A stretch of 64,000 nucleotides of DNA from Octopus vulgaris (taxonomy: Eukaryota). The stretch spans positions 88,474,001 to 88,538,000 of the forward strand of contig OX597821.1 in assembly GCA_951406725.2 (NCBI GenBank). Direction: 5' to 3'. The notes under the pieces were generated by a model. It saw only the letters and a list, made by a program, of their open reading frames with translations, was not told the DNA's origin and did no database searches. Positions 50,864 to 64,000 of this stretch are shown here, one piece after another. The stretch's first letter is position 1. Every line of letters begins with the position of its first letter. Position numbers and translations under genes: made by a program.

Positions 50864-53800
50864 ACTATCACCTTAAATGGCAAACAGATAATGTTTGCGG
50901 ATATAGTACACCTGGAAAAGTTTCGGGACGGTCATGGTCGGAGGATCGCTCATCAATAGAATTGTAGGTCAGGACTGACCTAGTGGTATTAAGCAACCAC
51001 AGCAACAGTAATAAATACGACAACAACATCAACGAGATCCCCAGTAATATGCATGTACCATGATTTTGCGAAGGTGGGCTTATAATCGTCGAATATTTTA
51101 GGGAAGTGGACTCATCAGTAAACAGAAAAGATCTGAAAAAAAAAGGAAGAAAGAATAGGAGTAGGGGGAAATCAGGTGTACTGTTGGCGAATTTCAGGAA
51201 GCATGGAAGTTTTAAAGGTTGTAGTTTCCCGACTGCTAATAACTGATGCAGATAAGTTATTCGATGGTTGAGCAATCCTGACTGAAAAAATATTTTCGAA
51301 TGTCATAGATGCTGTGTTGTGTTTTGATTTTGTAAGCATGTCCACGATTGTTAGACATGAACAAGACCATTACCATAATTACAAAGCCATTAACACTACT
51401 ACTAACACCATCAACCTTTTTACCATCCTTAATACAGTAACTTCTATTCTCCTCCTCCCTCCCTTCTTCCTTGTTCCTTTCGTGTTTTGTGGACGCCCCC
51501 AGACGATGATGTAGACTAGCCCACTACGTAGATATAGAGGGAGATGTCTAGACGTCGGGAGAGAGAAGCGTTGAGTAGAGAAAAGTCGAGTTGAGTAGTA
51601 GAGGTATTCGATCGTGCGACATAACAGTGGCAACGATGATTTTGTAGCTCGCACAGCCACTGTGTAGTATTGCGATATAACACTTCGTCACCCCACCTCT
51701 CCTCTGAACAACTTGCATATCAACTGTTTCCCGACATTTCAGATTGTTGCTAATGTGGTGTGAAAGGGTTTGGGACCAATTAACTTTATTACAAATGTAC
51801 GAGTGTTGAGTTGCTCGGGAATATACTCATCTCTGAGTTGTGCTCAAGCCAAGAAATCTCTTCATTCAAGATATGAAACTATCCTTACTTTTGTGAACGT
51901 TGTTGTTATTAATTGTGAGCGTTATTATTGATACAGAACTACCTACAACACCAGTACAGAAAGCACTCTGCCATTATAAACCCATAACCTGTAAAGTTAA
52001 TTATATGAATTCATTAGACGGTGGTGATTAAAAACAGCTCCAATATAATGTTTCTACTAATCATCCCTACAAACCAACCCTGCAGCAAGTACTACAGGTA
52101 TTCTGCTATTGTATATAAGTGCAATAAAGGTTTCATCACTTTTTTTTCCAATAGAAATACTGCGGGTTTGGTTTCAGCTCAACCAAGCACAACATTGCAC
52201 AGTGGAATAGATCAAAGTACGGCAGAAAGTATTTGCATAACTTAGTCAGGTATAAGTGAGAGGAAAATAAGATATCTGAGACAATACAGAGCAATAGCGA
52301 GTCACAGTTTAGGATAACCCCGCATGGCAAAGTACAACCAACTTAAAGCATTATACAATAGGGCATAAAAATATTGTGAGACAGTATAGCACATGAGGAT
52401 AACAGGGGAACAGGAAACAGTCTTGTAGCACATGCGCTAACAGAGCCTTTCTATACAGTTGCTCAATCCCAATAGAATAAACAGCCACATCCCTCTGTAT
52501 TCATGTACAGCAGTCTTTATAAAAGATGGATGCATTTCTTTGGACTTCAGCTTAGAAAAATAAGACCGATCACGAGTTCTTGGCTTTTATGGCGTATTGA
52601 AATGTCTGGATGGAGACCCAACATTCCGAGTTCTTTTACGGGGCTTACAAAAACTGAAAGACCGCAATAATTAGTGTGTGATTCTGAGAGAAGAATATGT
52701 TGAATAAATTCATAGTGAACTGACCCTCCTGTATTTCTTAATACTCAAAACCAAGAACTTTTCAGCAGCCCTCGTATGATCACAGCGGTAAGGCATTTTA
52801 TCATAAACCTCTTGATCAGAGCTAACCTGCGGTTGCACAACAACAGCAACAACAGTGTATTAAACGCGAGCACAAGCTTAAGTAAGCACATTTAATCACA
52901 TGTGAGAATATTACGTCACATGTAAGAAGATATAAACACACACAAAACAACTGCTTCAGCCAAAATTAATACAAAGTATGAACAACAATAAAAAACAGTA
53001 CAAAAACTACAGACTTATATCTTAAGCACACTTCTGCAGCCACCCTACCCCGTTTATATAAATTAATCAATGCAATCTACTATTAAATCCACCCGTTGGT
53101 TTGATTATTACCACCTTGTTTCATCCATCCAAGCAATAGAAGTGCACATGTCTGCAAAACTGCTCTGCACGAACCTCCACCCAGCTCCGCGCCGCTTGAA
53201 TCTATAAACCTCCGCTAAACTTCGCACATCTCATCACAACTCCGTGACACATCCTCACAACCCCTTTACATGCCAACGCAACATGACACTCTCACTGCTA
53301 TTCTATATATTTTATGAGATGCCAATCCGACCCACTTTTATTATTGCCGCTAATAATAAAAGAAAGAGCCAGCAATTCATTTCGAGCTGTGTTGTCTTTT
53401 ATAGTGTAGCAACATCTTCGGTTCCTTGTAATGAGCAGAGGTGAGGGTTACCAATAATCTCGTTAATAATTCATACAATGTTGCAGACATCAAATAAGAT
53501 TTCCCACAAGAACGAACTTTTCCGGAATCTAAGATGTTTTAAGGTGGAAACTTTCTTTTTTCTTCTGTCCACCATCACCACCACAACCACCACCCCTGCT
53601 ACCGCCACCACCGTAGCTGTCCTCACTCACTACCATCGGCTCCACCACTAAAAGCATAACGATAACCATTACCGGCACCATTAGCAACACCATAATCGTT
53701 ACCACAGCTATAACCACCACAACAAATACCACTATTATCACCAGTAAAGCAAGCGATCTTTAAAACACTGCAACCGCCGCCATCGATCGTAATGTCACCA

Positions 53801-54123
53801 CGAATGACTCCATATTATTAAGATCACCATCGCCGCCACCACCACCAGTACATCAAAGTGACAATAATAATGATAATAACACTAGCAGCCACCATCACCA
53901 ACACCAGCACCACTATCACCACCGTAGCCGCCGCCGCTGCCGCAGCCAGAGCAACAACAACAATAATACAACCACTACGATTACAGCTGTGAATAGCATG
54001 AAACTCTTTCCAACGTCATGATAATACAGTTACCACAACCAGCGTGGCTAAACCATTCTCTAAATGCATAATCACTATAGCCATGAATACCATTGCTAGC
54101 TCACACATACGTGTATGTATTAT

Positions 54124-54195
54124 GTATGTATATACATACATGCATATATTTTATGTGCATTTTTGTGTATATATGTGCATGTATATACGTATGTA

Positions 54196-54269
<74 letters not shown>

Positions 54270-54385
54270 ACGTATGTATGTATGTATGTATGTATATATG
54301 TATGAATGTGTGTAGGTATGTATATACATACATGCATATATTTTATGTGTATTTTTGTGTATATATGTGCATGTATATACGTATG

Positions 54386-54410
<25 letters not shown>
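54124..54410. repeat. 192-bp-period duplication within a compound microsatellite
   Basis: TGCATATATTTTATGTG(C/T)ATTTTTGTGTATATATGTGCATGTATATACGTATGTAAT at 54141 and 54333. Confidence 0.9.
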
Positions 54411-54426
<16 letters not shown>

Positions 54427-54967
54427 TATATATGTGTATGTATGTATATATGTATGTATATATATATATATATATATAATGATTTCTCATTTTGGCACAG
54501 AAATGCATATGTGTTGTTGACGGGCATAGTTGATTAATTAAACATTAGCACATATTTAGTTCTGATTTCGTTAACACCCACCCCCAGTGAATTTGACCAT
54601 AGGGAGATTTGAACTGGTAACATATGTGATATAATTACTGTCTGGCCTTTAGTCTAGTGCTGTATCGTTTCTCCAACATCGCTACTCTGTTAATAGTTGT
54701 AATCCTATGGGATAATGAATCAGAAGTCAAAATATAAGCATTCTGAAATTGGCATGCCGTCAAAAATAGCGTGAAAGTGTTATAGCCGATTGAATCAATG
54801 CCATTACATGACTGCAACTTAATTGTTCTTCACTGTAGTGATGGACGACATATATCTTGGAGAAACTTGAAATCAAGTTGTGAAGATGCGCATTATAATG
54901 GACCTTTGATAAGATTAAAAGAAACATGGGGAAAATGTATACATGAAACCTACCTTCATTTTTTTTG

Positions 54968-55985
54968 TTGGGCATCATCATAATCGCCATCGTCTGCTCA
55001 GGCTTCCCACTTTGGCAAGAACAATTGCAATTTCATTTACATCGGGCAAACTGGCCACCGACCATCCAACTTGGCAATGGGTCACCTGTCTCTCGACCTG
55101 TCCTCTCCGTTAGATATCTCACGCAACATCTCTCGATCCTCGAACGACTACTTCTCCCGGTTCCTTCACTACTTGCCTTCAGGAGAAAGTGTAATTTTTT
55201 TCCCCTCTCCATACTTTTAAGCCTCTCGGCTTGAATCTCCATTTCAATTATTCAAACCTTTTTTCTCACCATTCACCCGTCACTCTGTACCGCATTCCTT
55301 CCTGTCTCTCCCCGTCTCTCACGCTGCTCACTTGCATCCTATGCATCCATCTCACACTCATAACCTCACACCACTGCCTTCATCTCAGACGCGATTGCTT
55401 TCATACCGACAAGTATACCCTCAATATGCCCAAACCCTTTCCTCATGCACACACCTCACCACATCGAAATCCTTCCCACAAATTCACTTACAAACATACA
55501 CACCTCTCACTTCCTATTTGGTCACCCAATCCCATATCTCTTTCAAATTGACTAGTACCGTTGGTATGTTTCCGCTCAGCAACCGAGTCCCACAGCTTGG
55601 CTGCTTGTATCTCTGGAGATTGTCAAAATGATGTGGGCGCCTCTGATGAGAACACAATAAGGCTCGAAAATCGATTAAGTTTGTTCTTCATGTTTTCAGT
55701 TTTCGGAGAAATGGCTAAAATTTGCCCGGTTTATAATTGTGCCATATTTTACGTATATTACATTCGATCCTTTTTCCAAGAAATCTAATGCTCGCAGCTT
55801 ACTTTTTCCTTGGGGCTGGCCGGAGCGGAGCGATATCAGCATTAATCAGCCGAAATTGCTAAGATGATCCGGTTCCTGACTGAAGATTAGAGGCTTCGAA
55901 TGACTTGTCTGTTTTCTTTGTCGTATCTTTGTGTGTTTTGCGTTCTTGTCCCATTTTGTATTTTTATATATAATTTTTATACATA
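54968..55985 (+). mobile_element. Penelope-like element 3' portion (GIY-YIG remnant plus pseudo-LTR)
   Basis: Frame not in the ORF track gives KNNCNFIYIGQTGHR (about 55017-55061), then IQLGNGSPVSR; pyrimidine-rich UTR; hammerhead-like CTGATGAG...CTCGAAA (55643-55670) and CTGAAGA...TCGAA (near 55880); ends in (TA)n(TG)n. Confidence 0.78.
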
Positions 55986-55995
55986 TATATATATA

Positions 55996-56055
<60 letters not shown>

Positions 56056-56464
56056 TGTGTGTATGTGTGTTTGTGTGTGTGTGTGTGTGTGTGATTTTAT
56101 TATACGGAATCATGACTCGGAGCACATCCACCCGTACGACGCTAGAAATGATAACATAGAGCTCACATTGAAATAAACAACATTGAATTCATTAAGTATT
56201 GTTAGTGTTCCACAGATACGCTAGTACTAAATCTAATTTAAACCATAGATTCGATTAAGGGGTTGGTCATTTGTATGCCTTAAACATAAATGGCCATTAA
56301 AATTTACGATAGCTGTTTTGATAGAATTTCATTTATTTAATATAGTAGAAAATAGTACATCCTAATATTTAATCTACCATCATCTGGATAAATTTTAAAC
56401 AGCTAAAATTTTAAACATCGACTTGGACATAGGCAACATTCGTTGACAATATAGACAACATATG

Positions 56465-56797
56465 GTGAGGGCGCGTGGCTTAGTGGTTAGGGCATTCGGC
56501 TCATGATCGTAAGGTTGTGAGTTCGATTCCCGGCGACGCGTTGTGTCCTTGAGCAAGACACTTTATTTCACGTTGCTCCAGTCCACTCAGCTGGCAAAAA
56601 TGAGTTGTACTTGTATTTCAAAGGGTCAGCCTTGTCACTCTCTGTGTCACGCTGATTATCCCCGAGAACTACGTTAAGGGTACACGTGTCTGTGGAATGC
56701 TCAGCCATTTGCACGTTAATTTTCACGAGCAAGCTGTTCCGTTGATCGTATCAGCTGGGACCCTCATCGTCGTAACCGGCCGAGTCTTTTTTTTAAA
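56465..56797 (+). mobile_element. tRNA-derived SINE family C, full length, 12-bp TSD
   Basis: A box TGGCTTAGTGG, B box GAGTTCGATTCC, CORE-like TGTGTCCTTGAGCAAGACACTT; perfect TSD AGACAACATATG at 56453-56464 and 56798-56809. Confidence 0.93.
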
Positions 56798-57469
56798 AGA
56801 CAACATATGCGGCCATAATTGCAAAGAAACTCATATTGGTGACACCAATAATTCCTTTTGCTTACGTGCAAGAATCCACACACAACACATCAGACAACAT
56901 GAATTAAGTAAGGTTCCGCTGAGCATGCATATGGAAATATGCGGAAACTGCAGATTTAAGATCAATGTTTATTACAAATGCCCTGGGCATGACCAAAACC
57001 AACGACAATGGAAACAAATTGTATAATTACTTTTTTAAACTAAAATAAACTTGTAAAATTTATATCTATAAACACATGAGAAATACTTATTAATAAAATT
57101 AGCTTCCTCTGTGAAGCAAAGCAGATTACCACTGGATGTTATGATTAATGCTGCTCACATTACCGCTACTAGAATAATTGGAAAAAATTCCCCTAAGTAA
57201 TCAACACACGACAACACACACATACGCTTAAACGCACACACACACACACACACGTGCGCACAACACACACATAAAATCCTTTTATAACAATTTAATAGAT
57301 TCTATCTTCTATAGGTGAGTATCATCATACCTGACGAAAAATACTGTCAGCCACTCAAGGAGTAAAAGAAATTTACTGCAATTCTCAAAAATTTTAAAAT
57401 TTTAACCTGTCATTAAATCAAGCAACTCCCAGAGGAACAGTTCTTTCTTTCTGTCTCTCTTTCTTTCTT

Positions 57470-57548
<79 letters not shown>

Positions 57549-57601
57549 TTATATATATGTATATACATATAAAGGTAAATGTATGCACACATCTATGTAT
57601 G

Positions 57602-57641
<40 letters not shown>

Positions 57642-57688
57642 CACATACATATATGTATATCTAAATATATGCACACATCTATGTATGT

Positions 57689-57733
<45 letters not shown>

Positions 57734-58484
57734 CACATACATATATGTATATCTAAATATATATGTATATGCATATATATAAGTGTGTGTGTGTGTGTGT
57801 GTATACACCACACACACACACAAACACATACTCACAAACACACACACATATACAAATATAATGGTAAATTGGTGAGATATCAGAAGCGAATAAAAAGAAT
57901 TTAACCACTTGACTTCCTTAGAAGTCATACTTCTTGAATTGATATTTTTATACATCCCTCACAGAAATATTTTATCTTGATTTCCTGTTACCCGGGCACT
58001 TTACATTACAGTACTTTATAAGTGATTATTATTTGAACTGATAACCAAGTCTGTACGAAAAGCCTTCTGTGATAACCACACTATTCTCTGAATCCTTTTA
58101 TACTTCTTATTGATATATATATGTACGTGCACATTTTTAGTGGTAGTATTCTATAGGGACATAGAAGTAGAGATGTACAGAAATAAGGATTGATTTTTTT
58201 TTATTGCTGTTTAACATACGGACTACAATAACACAAACACTGGTTGCAGCAAAAGAAATTAATTATCGGAAGTTTTGTATTTCTTGAAAAACACCCAACG
58301 AATATCAAAATATTGTAAGAATATATGACAGAGGCGCAAACATCAACTCACTGTCTAGGAATCGAACTGAATTAAGGTGTTTAGATAGTTACAACAAACA
58401 GGCTGCTACCGAGAGTTAATCACGTCAGCAAAACTGACCTCTCAAATCCATGGACCCTGCAAATATTTAACATACTATATTTAT

Positions 58485-58916
58485 AGGCGCAGGAGTGGCT
58501 GTGTGGTAAGTAACTTGCTTACCAACCACGTGGTTCCGGGTTCAGTCCCACTGCGTGGCATCTTGGGCAGGTGTCTTCTGCTATAGCCTCGGGCCGACCA
58601 ATGCCTTGTGAGTGGATTTGGTAGACGGAAACTGAAAGAAGCCTGTCGTATATATGTATATATATATATGTGTGTGTGTGTGTGTTTGTTTCTGTTTGTG
58701 TGTGTTTGTGTGTCTGTGTTTGTCCCCCTAGCATTGCTTGACAACCGATGCTAGTGTGTTTACGTCCCCGTCACCTAGCGATTCGGCAAAATAAACCGAT
58801 AGAATAAGTACTGGGCTTACAAAGAATAAGTCCCGGGGTCGATTTGTTCGACTAAAGGCGGTGCTCCATCATGGCCGCAGTCAAATGACTGAAACAAGTA
58901 AAAGAGTAAAAGAGTA
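58485..58916 (+). mobile_element. SINE family A, full length
   Basis: The only plus-strand young copy; AGGCGCAGGAGTGGCTGTGTGG...GGTTCAGTCCC...AAAAGAGTAAAAGAGTA. Confidence 0.95.
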
Positions 58917-59271
58917 TACTAAATTCCAGTGTTTTGTGGCGACACATAATATTATCATCATCATAATCTAGCTGACATTGAATTAACCTTATAATTTGGA
59001 GAAATGTTTTTACAGATATGTCATTTAAAATTAAATTTCATGGAGTATAAGAGGTAAGACAAAAAGGGAAGACTATTTCACAGAGGACTACAATTAATTT
59101 CCTATAGTCGAAATCTTCTGTTATAAAGCTACACTTAGATGAAATATAAATTAAAATTGGAATTATTAAAAATTGTTTGAAAGTGTAAACTTTAATAATT
59201 GCTATTTTTTAATAAAAGGTGATAGGAACTTATTTTCATTATATAGTATCGTCGTACATCACTATAAATGT

Positions 59272-59607
59272 CATCATCATCATCATTGTTCGAACGTGGT
59301 CGAGACAATGTAATTTACCACGCTACGCCAGACTTCACGGTCCATCATGGCATTACGGAGGTCCTGTTGCTGGATGCCTGTATCCCTGGAGATTACATCA
59401 GAGTAGGAGAGTGTGCGCCCTCTGGTATTGCGAGTAGATGGCTTCCAGAGGAGAAGAGTAGAGATTACCTCTTTTTCAGCTCTACAACAATGTCCAGCAA
59501 ACTGGACTCTCTTACCTTTCACAAGAGATGACACAGGTGGTAGTTTCCCATATATTTGCATTTTGGTTGGATGGCGCTTCCACGAGAGATTTTGAAACTA
59601 TGGGAAA
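59272..59607 (-). mobile_element. 5'-truncated RTE-type LINE with (ATG)n tail and 11-bp TSD
   Basis: SWKRHPTKMQIYGKLPPVS...RVQFAGHCCRA...LLLWKP...MMDREVWR; TSD ACTATAAATGT at 59261-59271 and 59608-59618. Confidence 0.92.
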
Positions 59608-60011
59608 CTATAAATGTACTTAAGTTTGTGAATGACTTGAAGGAAGTAATCGTTAATATTTTAAGTCAAACGTTATCGAGAAAATTTTATCTACATTGTG
59701 ATCCTTTTAAAAAGTTTCATTTCCTAATTTGAGAAATATTTGGCTATTTTTACCAGGCGGAGAGAAACTGGAAAGGCTCTTTTATTGGCGCAAATTGGAG
59801 GGGGTAGGGTGTGGTAGGTGTTGAGAGAGTACGCAGGAATGTCCCCTTATCATGGCAGAATATTATGTCTGGTGCACAAAATATGACTGACAGTCTGTCT
59901 TTTGGGAGTCGGGAGAGATCAGAAGGTGACCGTGTTAGGTTTGATTTCGTATCCATACAGTAGGCTGAGTGTTCGCGGATTGAATTACTTTATTAGATCA
60001 TAATTACTGCT

Positions 60012-60120
60012 TATGTATGTATGTACGTATCTATTTATCTATCCATCCATCTATCTATCTATCTACCTACCTATCTCTCTGCCTATCTATCTATATCTAT
60101 CTCTCTGTCTATGTATCTAT

Positions 60121-60183
<63 letters not shown>

Positions 60184-60256
60184 CTTATCTGTCTATATCT
60201 ATCTCTCTGTCTATCTACCTACCTATCTATATCTATCTCTCTGTCTATCTACCTAC

Positions 60257-60347
<91 letters not shown>

Positions 60348-60393
60348 CCTATCTATCTATCTCTATCTATCTCTATCTATCTCTCTGTCTACG

Positions 60394-60424
<31 letters not shown>

Positions 60425-60485
60425 TTCTCTGTCCATCTGTCTCTCTGTCTGTCTATCTGTCTGTCTGTCTGTCTGTCTATCTATC
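60012..60485. repeat. Degenerate (TATC)n/(TC)n/(TGTC)n array
   Basis: Directly visible; source of the YLSI ORFs. Confidence 0.97.
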
Positions 60486-61533
60486 GGTACCTCTGCCAAA
60501 CTTAGCTCTGTTACTCCCATTAATTTGAATATGTCACCACTTTTCCTTAGATATTCCTATCTTCCTTCTGTATTCAACCCCCTCCACACCTCCCTCAATG
60601 CTCTTACTTCATCTTTTCCTCGTTCTCCTTTCTTTCCTATAATTACATCCAATCAAAAACACCGCCCACTTCTACAATACGAATTATTACACCCCCTCCA
60701 CAGTCGCCACCGCCAGCACCATCAACATTATCCTCACCATCGGTAGCAGCAGCAGCAGCAACACTACCACTAGCCCCCCCCCCCACATATCCACCATCAC
60801 CCTTGCTTGTCTGTATATCTGTCTGTCGGTCAGTCAGTCAGTCATTAAACTCATTAAGTCTACTCGTTATTTATTCTGACTTCTTGAATTTCATTGCAGC
60901 CGCCAGAAAAAAGCCCCCACACACACACACACATCAACACTCGCCGCCGCCACCAGCTTTAACTAATACCACCACCACTACGACGACGACGACCAGCAGC
61001 ACCACTAAAACCCCGCCCCCAACAGCAATAATGCTACGACAACGATGACGACGACGACGACGACGACGACGAAGACGACCACCACCACCACCACGACGAA
61101 GACGACCACCACCACCACCAACGCCACCAATGCCACCACCACCACCACCACCACCACCACCACCATCACTACCACCAATACCACTACCACCACCACCACC
61201 ATCATCACTGCTATCATCGCTACAACTCCACCCTCGCACATTCCAGCACTAAGACCAACAATGTGGGGGGACTTTACGCTAGCCGTTTGATCTGCAAGAA
61301 ATAGCACCTGCATCGCACTAAAAATACATAGTAGAATTCTGTGATTAACATGGTCCTAGACGTTCTTCAATAGAATTGTCACGGCTGGAATGTTTTTTGG
61401 TTATACATCAGCTTGATCATAATTTGAACAATGGCCTAAAACCACAAAATCCTCCTAAGCATCATCTTCAGTCTAAAATCTTTGGAAGCGAGTTTAAGCA
61501 CGACCGTTTGTCTGCCTGCCTCCATATCTACTC

Positions 61534-61748
61534 ATTTCTTTACTACCCACAAGGGGCTAAACACAGAGGGGACAAACAAGGACAGACAAACGGACTAAGT
61601 CGATTACATCGACCCTAGTAACTGGTACTTTTTTAATCGACCCCGAAAGGATGAAAGGCAAAGTCGACCTCGGCGGAATTTGAACTCAGAACGTAGCGGC
61701 AGACGAAATACCGCTAAGCATTTCGCCCGGCGTGCTAACGTTTCTGCC
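61534..61748 (-). mobile_element. SINE family B, tail type 1, 5' end at GGCAGAAACG
   Basis: Reverse complement closely matches 6583-6807; 5' end abuts the (CTGT)n array. Confidence 0.93.
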
Positions 61749-62240
61749 GTCCATCTGTCTGTCTGCCTCTCTGTCTGTCTGTATGTCTGTCTGCCTTTCC
61801 GTCCGTCTGTCTGCCTCTCTGTCCATCTGTCTGTCTGCTTTTCTCCTTGCCACTCTGTCAGCTTCTCTGTCTGTCTGCCTGCCTGCCTCACCGTCTGTCT
61901 GTCTCTCTATCTGTCTGCTTCACCGTATGTCTTTCTGTCTGTCTGCTTCTCTGTCCTTCTGTCTGCTTGTCTGTCGTTCTGTCCGTCTGTCTGTCTGACT
62001 CTCTATCCCTCTGTCTGTTTGTCTGCCTCTGTCCGTGTGTCTGTATGTTGCTCTTTCTGTCTGCCTGTCTGTCTTTCTATCCGTCTTTCTGTCTGTCTGA
62101 CTCTCTGTCCGTCTCTCTTTTTATCTCTCTTTCTGTCTGTCTCTATACGTTTGTCTCTTTGTCTGTCTGTCTGTCTGCCTCTCTGTCCATCCGTCTGTCT
62201 GACTGCTTCTCTGTCGTCTGTCTGTCATTCTGTCTATTTG
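61749..62240. repeat. Degenerate (CTGT)n array
   Basis: Directly visible. Confidence 0.96.
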
Positions 62241-62419
62241 TACCCTCTCAATCTATAATGTTCTACAAAGTCACTCAGTAAATAATTAAATACTCCAGCT
62301 CGAGAAGTGGAATGGTTTTTCTTTCAAGAATTCCCTTCTATTAACGACGGCTTTCTTTAGCTTTGCTGAAATTTCTCCCGCCATTAATACGATCACCGCG
62401 TTGACAACCGCATCTACTC

Positions 62420-63739
62420 ACCACAACTACCACGACATAACTAACACAACCACTAGCAGCAGCAGCAGCATCACCAACACCACTACCACCACAACCACTA
62501 TCACTACCACCACCACTACCACCGCCACCACCACCACCACCACCACTACTAACAAAGTACTCGTACCATCATTACAAACGCCACCCGCACCATAACCACC
62601 ACCACCACAGTGACAATGCCACCACCACCACAAGCGACAATGCCACCACCACCACCACCACCACTACCATCACCACCACCACCACCAGCACCACCACCAC
62701 CACTACCACTACCAACAAAGTACTCTTACCATCATTACAAACGCCACTCGCACCATAACCACCACCACCACCACCACCACCACCACTACCAACAATGTAC
62801 TCTTACCATCATTACAAACACCACCCGCACCATAACCACAAACACCACATTGACAATGCCACCACCACTACCATCACCACCACCACCACCATCACCGACA
62901 TTCTCGCAAACACTATCGCACATGCTACCCGGAAGAAAACTATGGAGACCATTAAATCAACAGCACCACCATTACCACCACCAAAAACAACAACAGCAAC
63001 AAAAACAACGCTGCTACCACCACCACCACCACCATCACCACCACAATCATCACTACCACCACCAACAATACCACTACCAACAACAACAACAATAGCAAGA
63101 ACACTACTACCACCACCATCACCATCGCCACCTCTATCACCGACATATCTCGTAAACACTACCACATATGCTACCCCGAACACCACTATGGAGACCATTA
63201 AATCAGCGCAACCAACATTGCCACCACCACCATCACCACCACCACCACCACCAACACCATCTTACTACCACCAAAATCACCACAACCACCACAACAACAA
63301 CAACCATCACCAAAATCACTTTACTATCACCAGCACCACTACCACCAAAACCACCACCATCACCAACACCACTACCACCACAACCACCACCACCACCACA
63401 ACAACAACAACAACAACCATCACCAAAATCACTTTACTATCACCAGCACCACTACCACCAAAACCACCACCATCACCAACACCACTACCACCACAACCAC
63501 TACCACCACAACAACAACAACAACCATCACCAAAATCACTTTACTATCACCAGCACCACTACCACCAAAGCCACCACCACCACCATCACTACCAAAATCA
63601 ACACTACCACCGCCACCAACACCACTACCACCAAAATCACCACCACCTCTACCATCACCAATATGATGACGACGACGAGGGCCACCAAAACTACCACTAT
63701 TGCTACCGATATCGCTACCACCACCACAACCATCGTCAC

Positions 63740-63778
<39 letters not shown>

Positions 63779-63780
63779 CT
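62420..63780. repeat. (CAC/CAA/CAT)n low-complexity region with higher-order repeated modules
   Basis: GTACTC(G/T)TACCATCATTACAAAC three times, ACTATGGAGACCATTAAATCA twice, CCATCACCAAAATCACTTTACTATCACCAGCACCACTACC three times. Confidence 0.9.
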
Positions 63781-64000
63781 GTAGATCGCAATTACCGACT
63801 CCAGCAAATTTACCACAACTACTAAAATGACAGCCTCTTGAGTTTTGAGTGACACGAAGGCTTCTTACATGAGGAACTCCACCACCTAAACTATCAAATA
63901 AATATACCACTGCCGTCACAACTATCAACACTACCACCACATCATCACCACCACAACTATCAACTCCACCATGACGACTTGCAGCACAACTATCCACTGC

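Noticed and set aside
51488-52071. Possible solo LTR (TGTAG...CTACA)
   Set aside because: No matching 4-6-bp TSD for the TG/CA ends I tried, and no PBS, PPT or second copy in the window.
56468-56540. tRNA gene with CAT anticodon-like loop
   Set aside because: Stems pair poorly and the sequence continues into a SINE body bounded by a 12-bp TSD; it is a SINE head.

Overview
AT-rich, microsatellite-saturated animal DNA with no recognisable intact host protein-coding gene, rRNA, true tRNA or CRISPR array. The SINE repertoire and the (TA)n/(TATC)n/(CAC)n load suggest a cephalopod (Octopus-like) intron or intergenic region; this is inference. Almost all ORFs in the track are translations of simple repeats or SINEs. 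Supportable content: three tRNA-derived SINE families (about 20 copies, some in head-to-tail arrays); an 861-bp near-identical tandem duplication; a full-length but dead DD41D Tc1/mariner element; a decayed hAT transposase; 3' fragments of RTE, CR1 and a possible Tx1/L1 LINE; two MITEs; a 375-bp non-autonomous Helitron nested in a SINE; and several Penelope-like (PLE) remnants. Most worth following up: (i) about nine hammerhead-ribozyme-like motifs, one nearly canonical and two with a permuted core order; (ii) a structured ~550-bp element between (TATG)n tracts with a 15-bp hairpin whose loop has a downstream complement; (iii) SINE arrays with recurrent internal junctions, one shared with the tandem-duplication breakpoint; (iv) two short-element/LINE tail matches visible within the window. 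All alignments and folds were read by eye.
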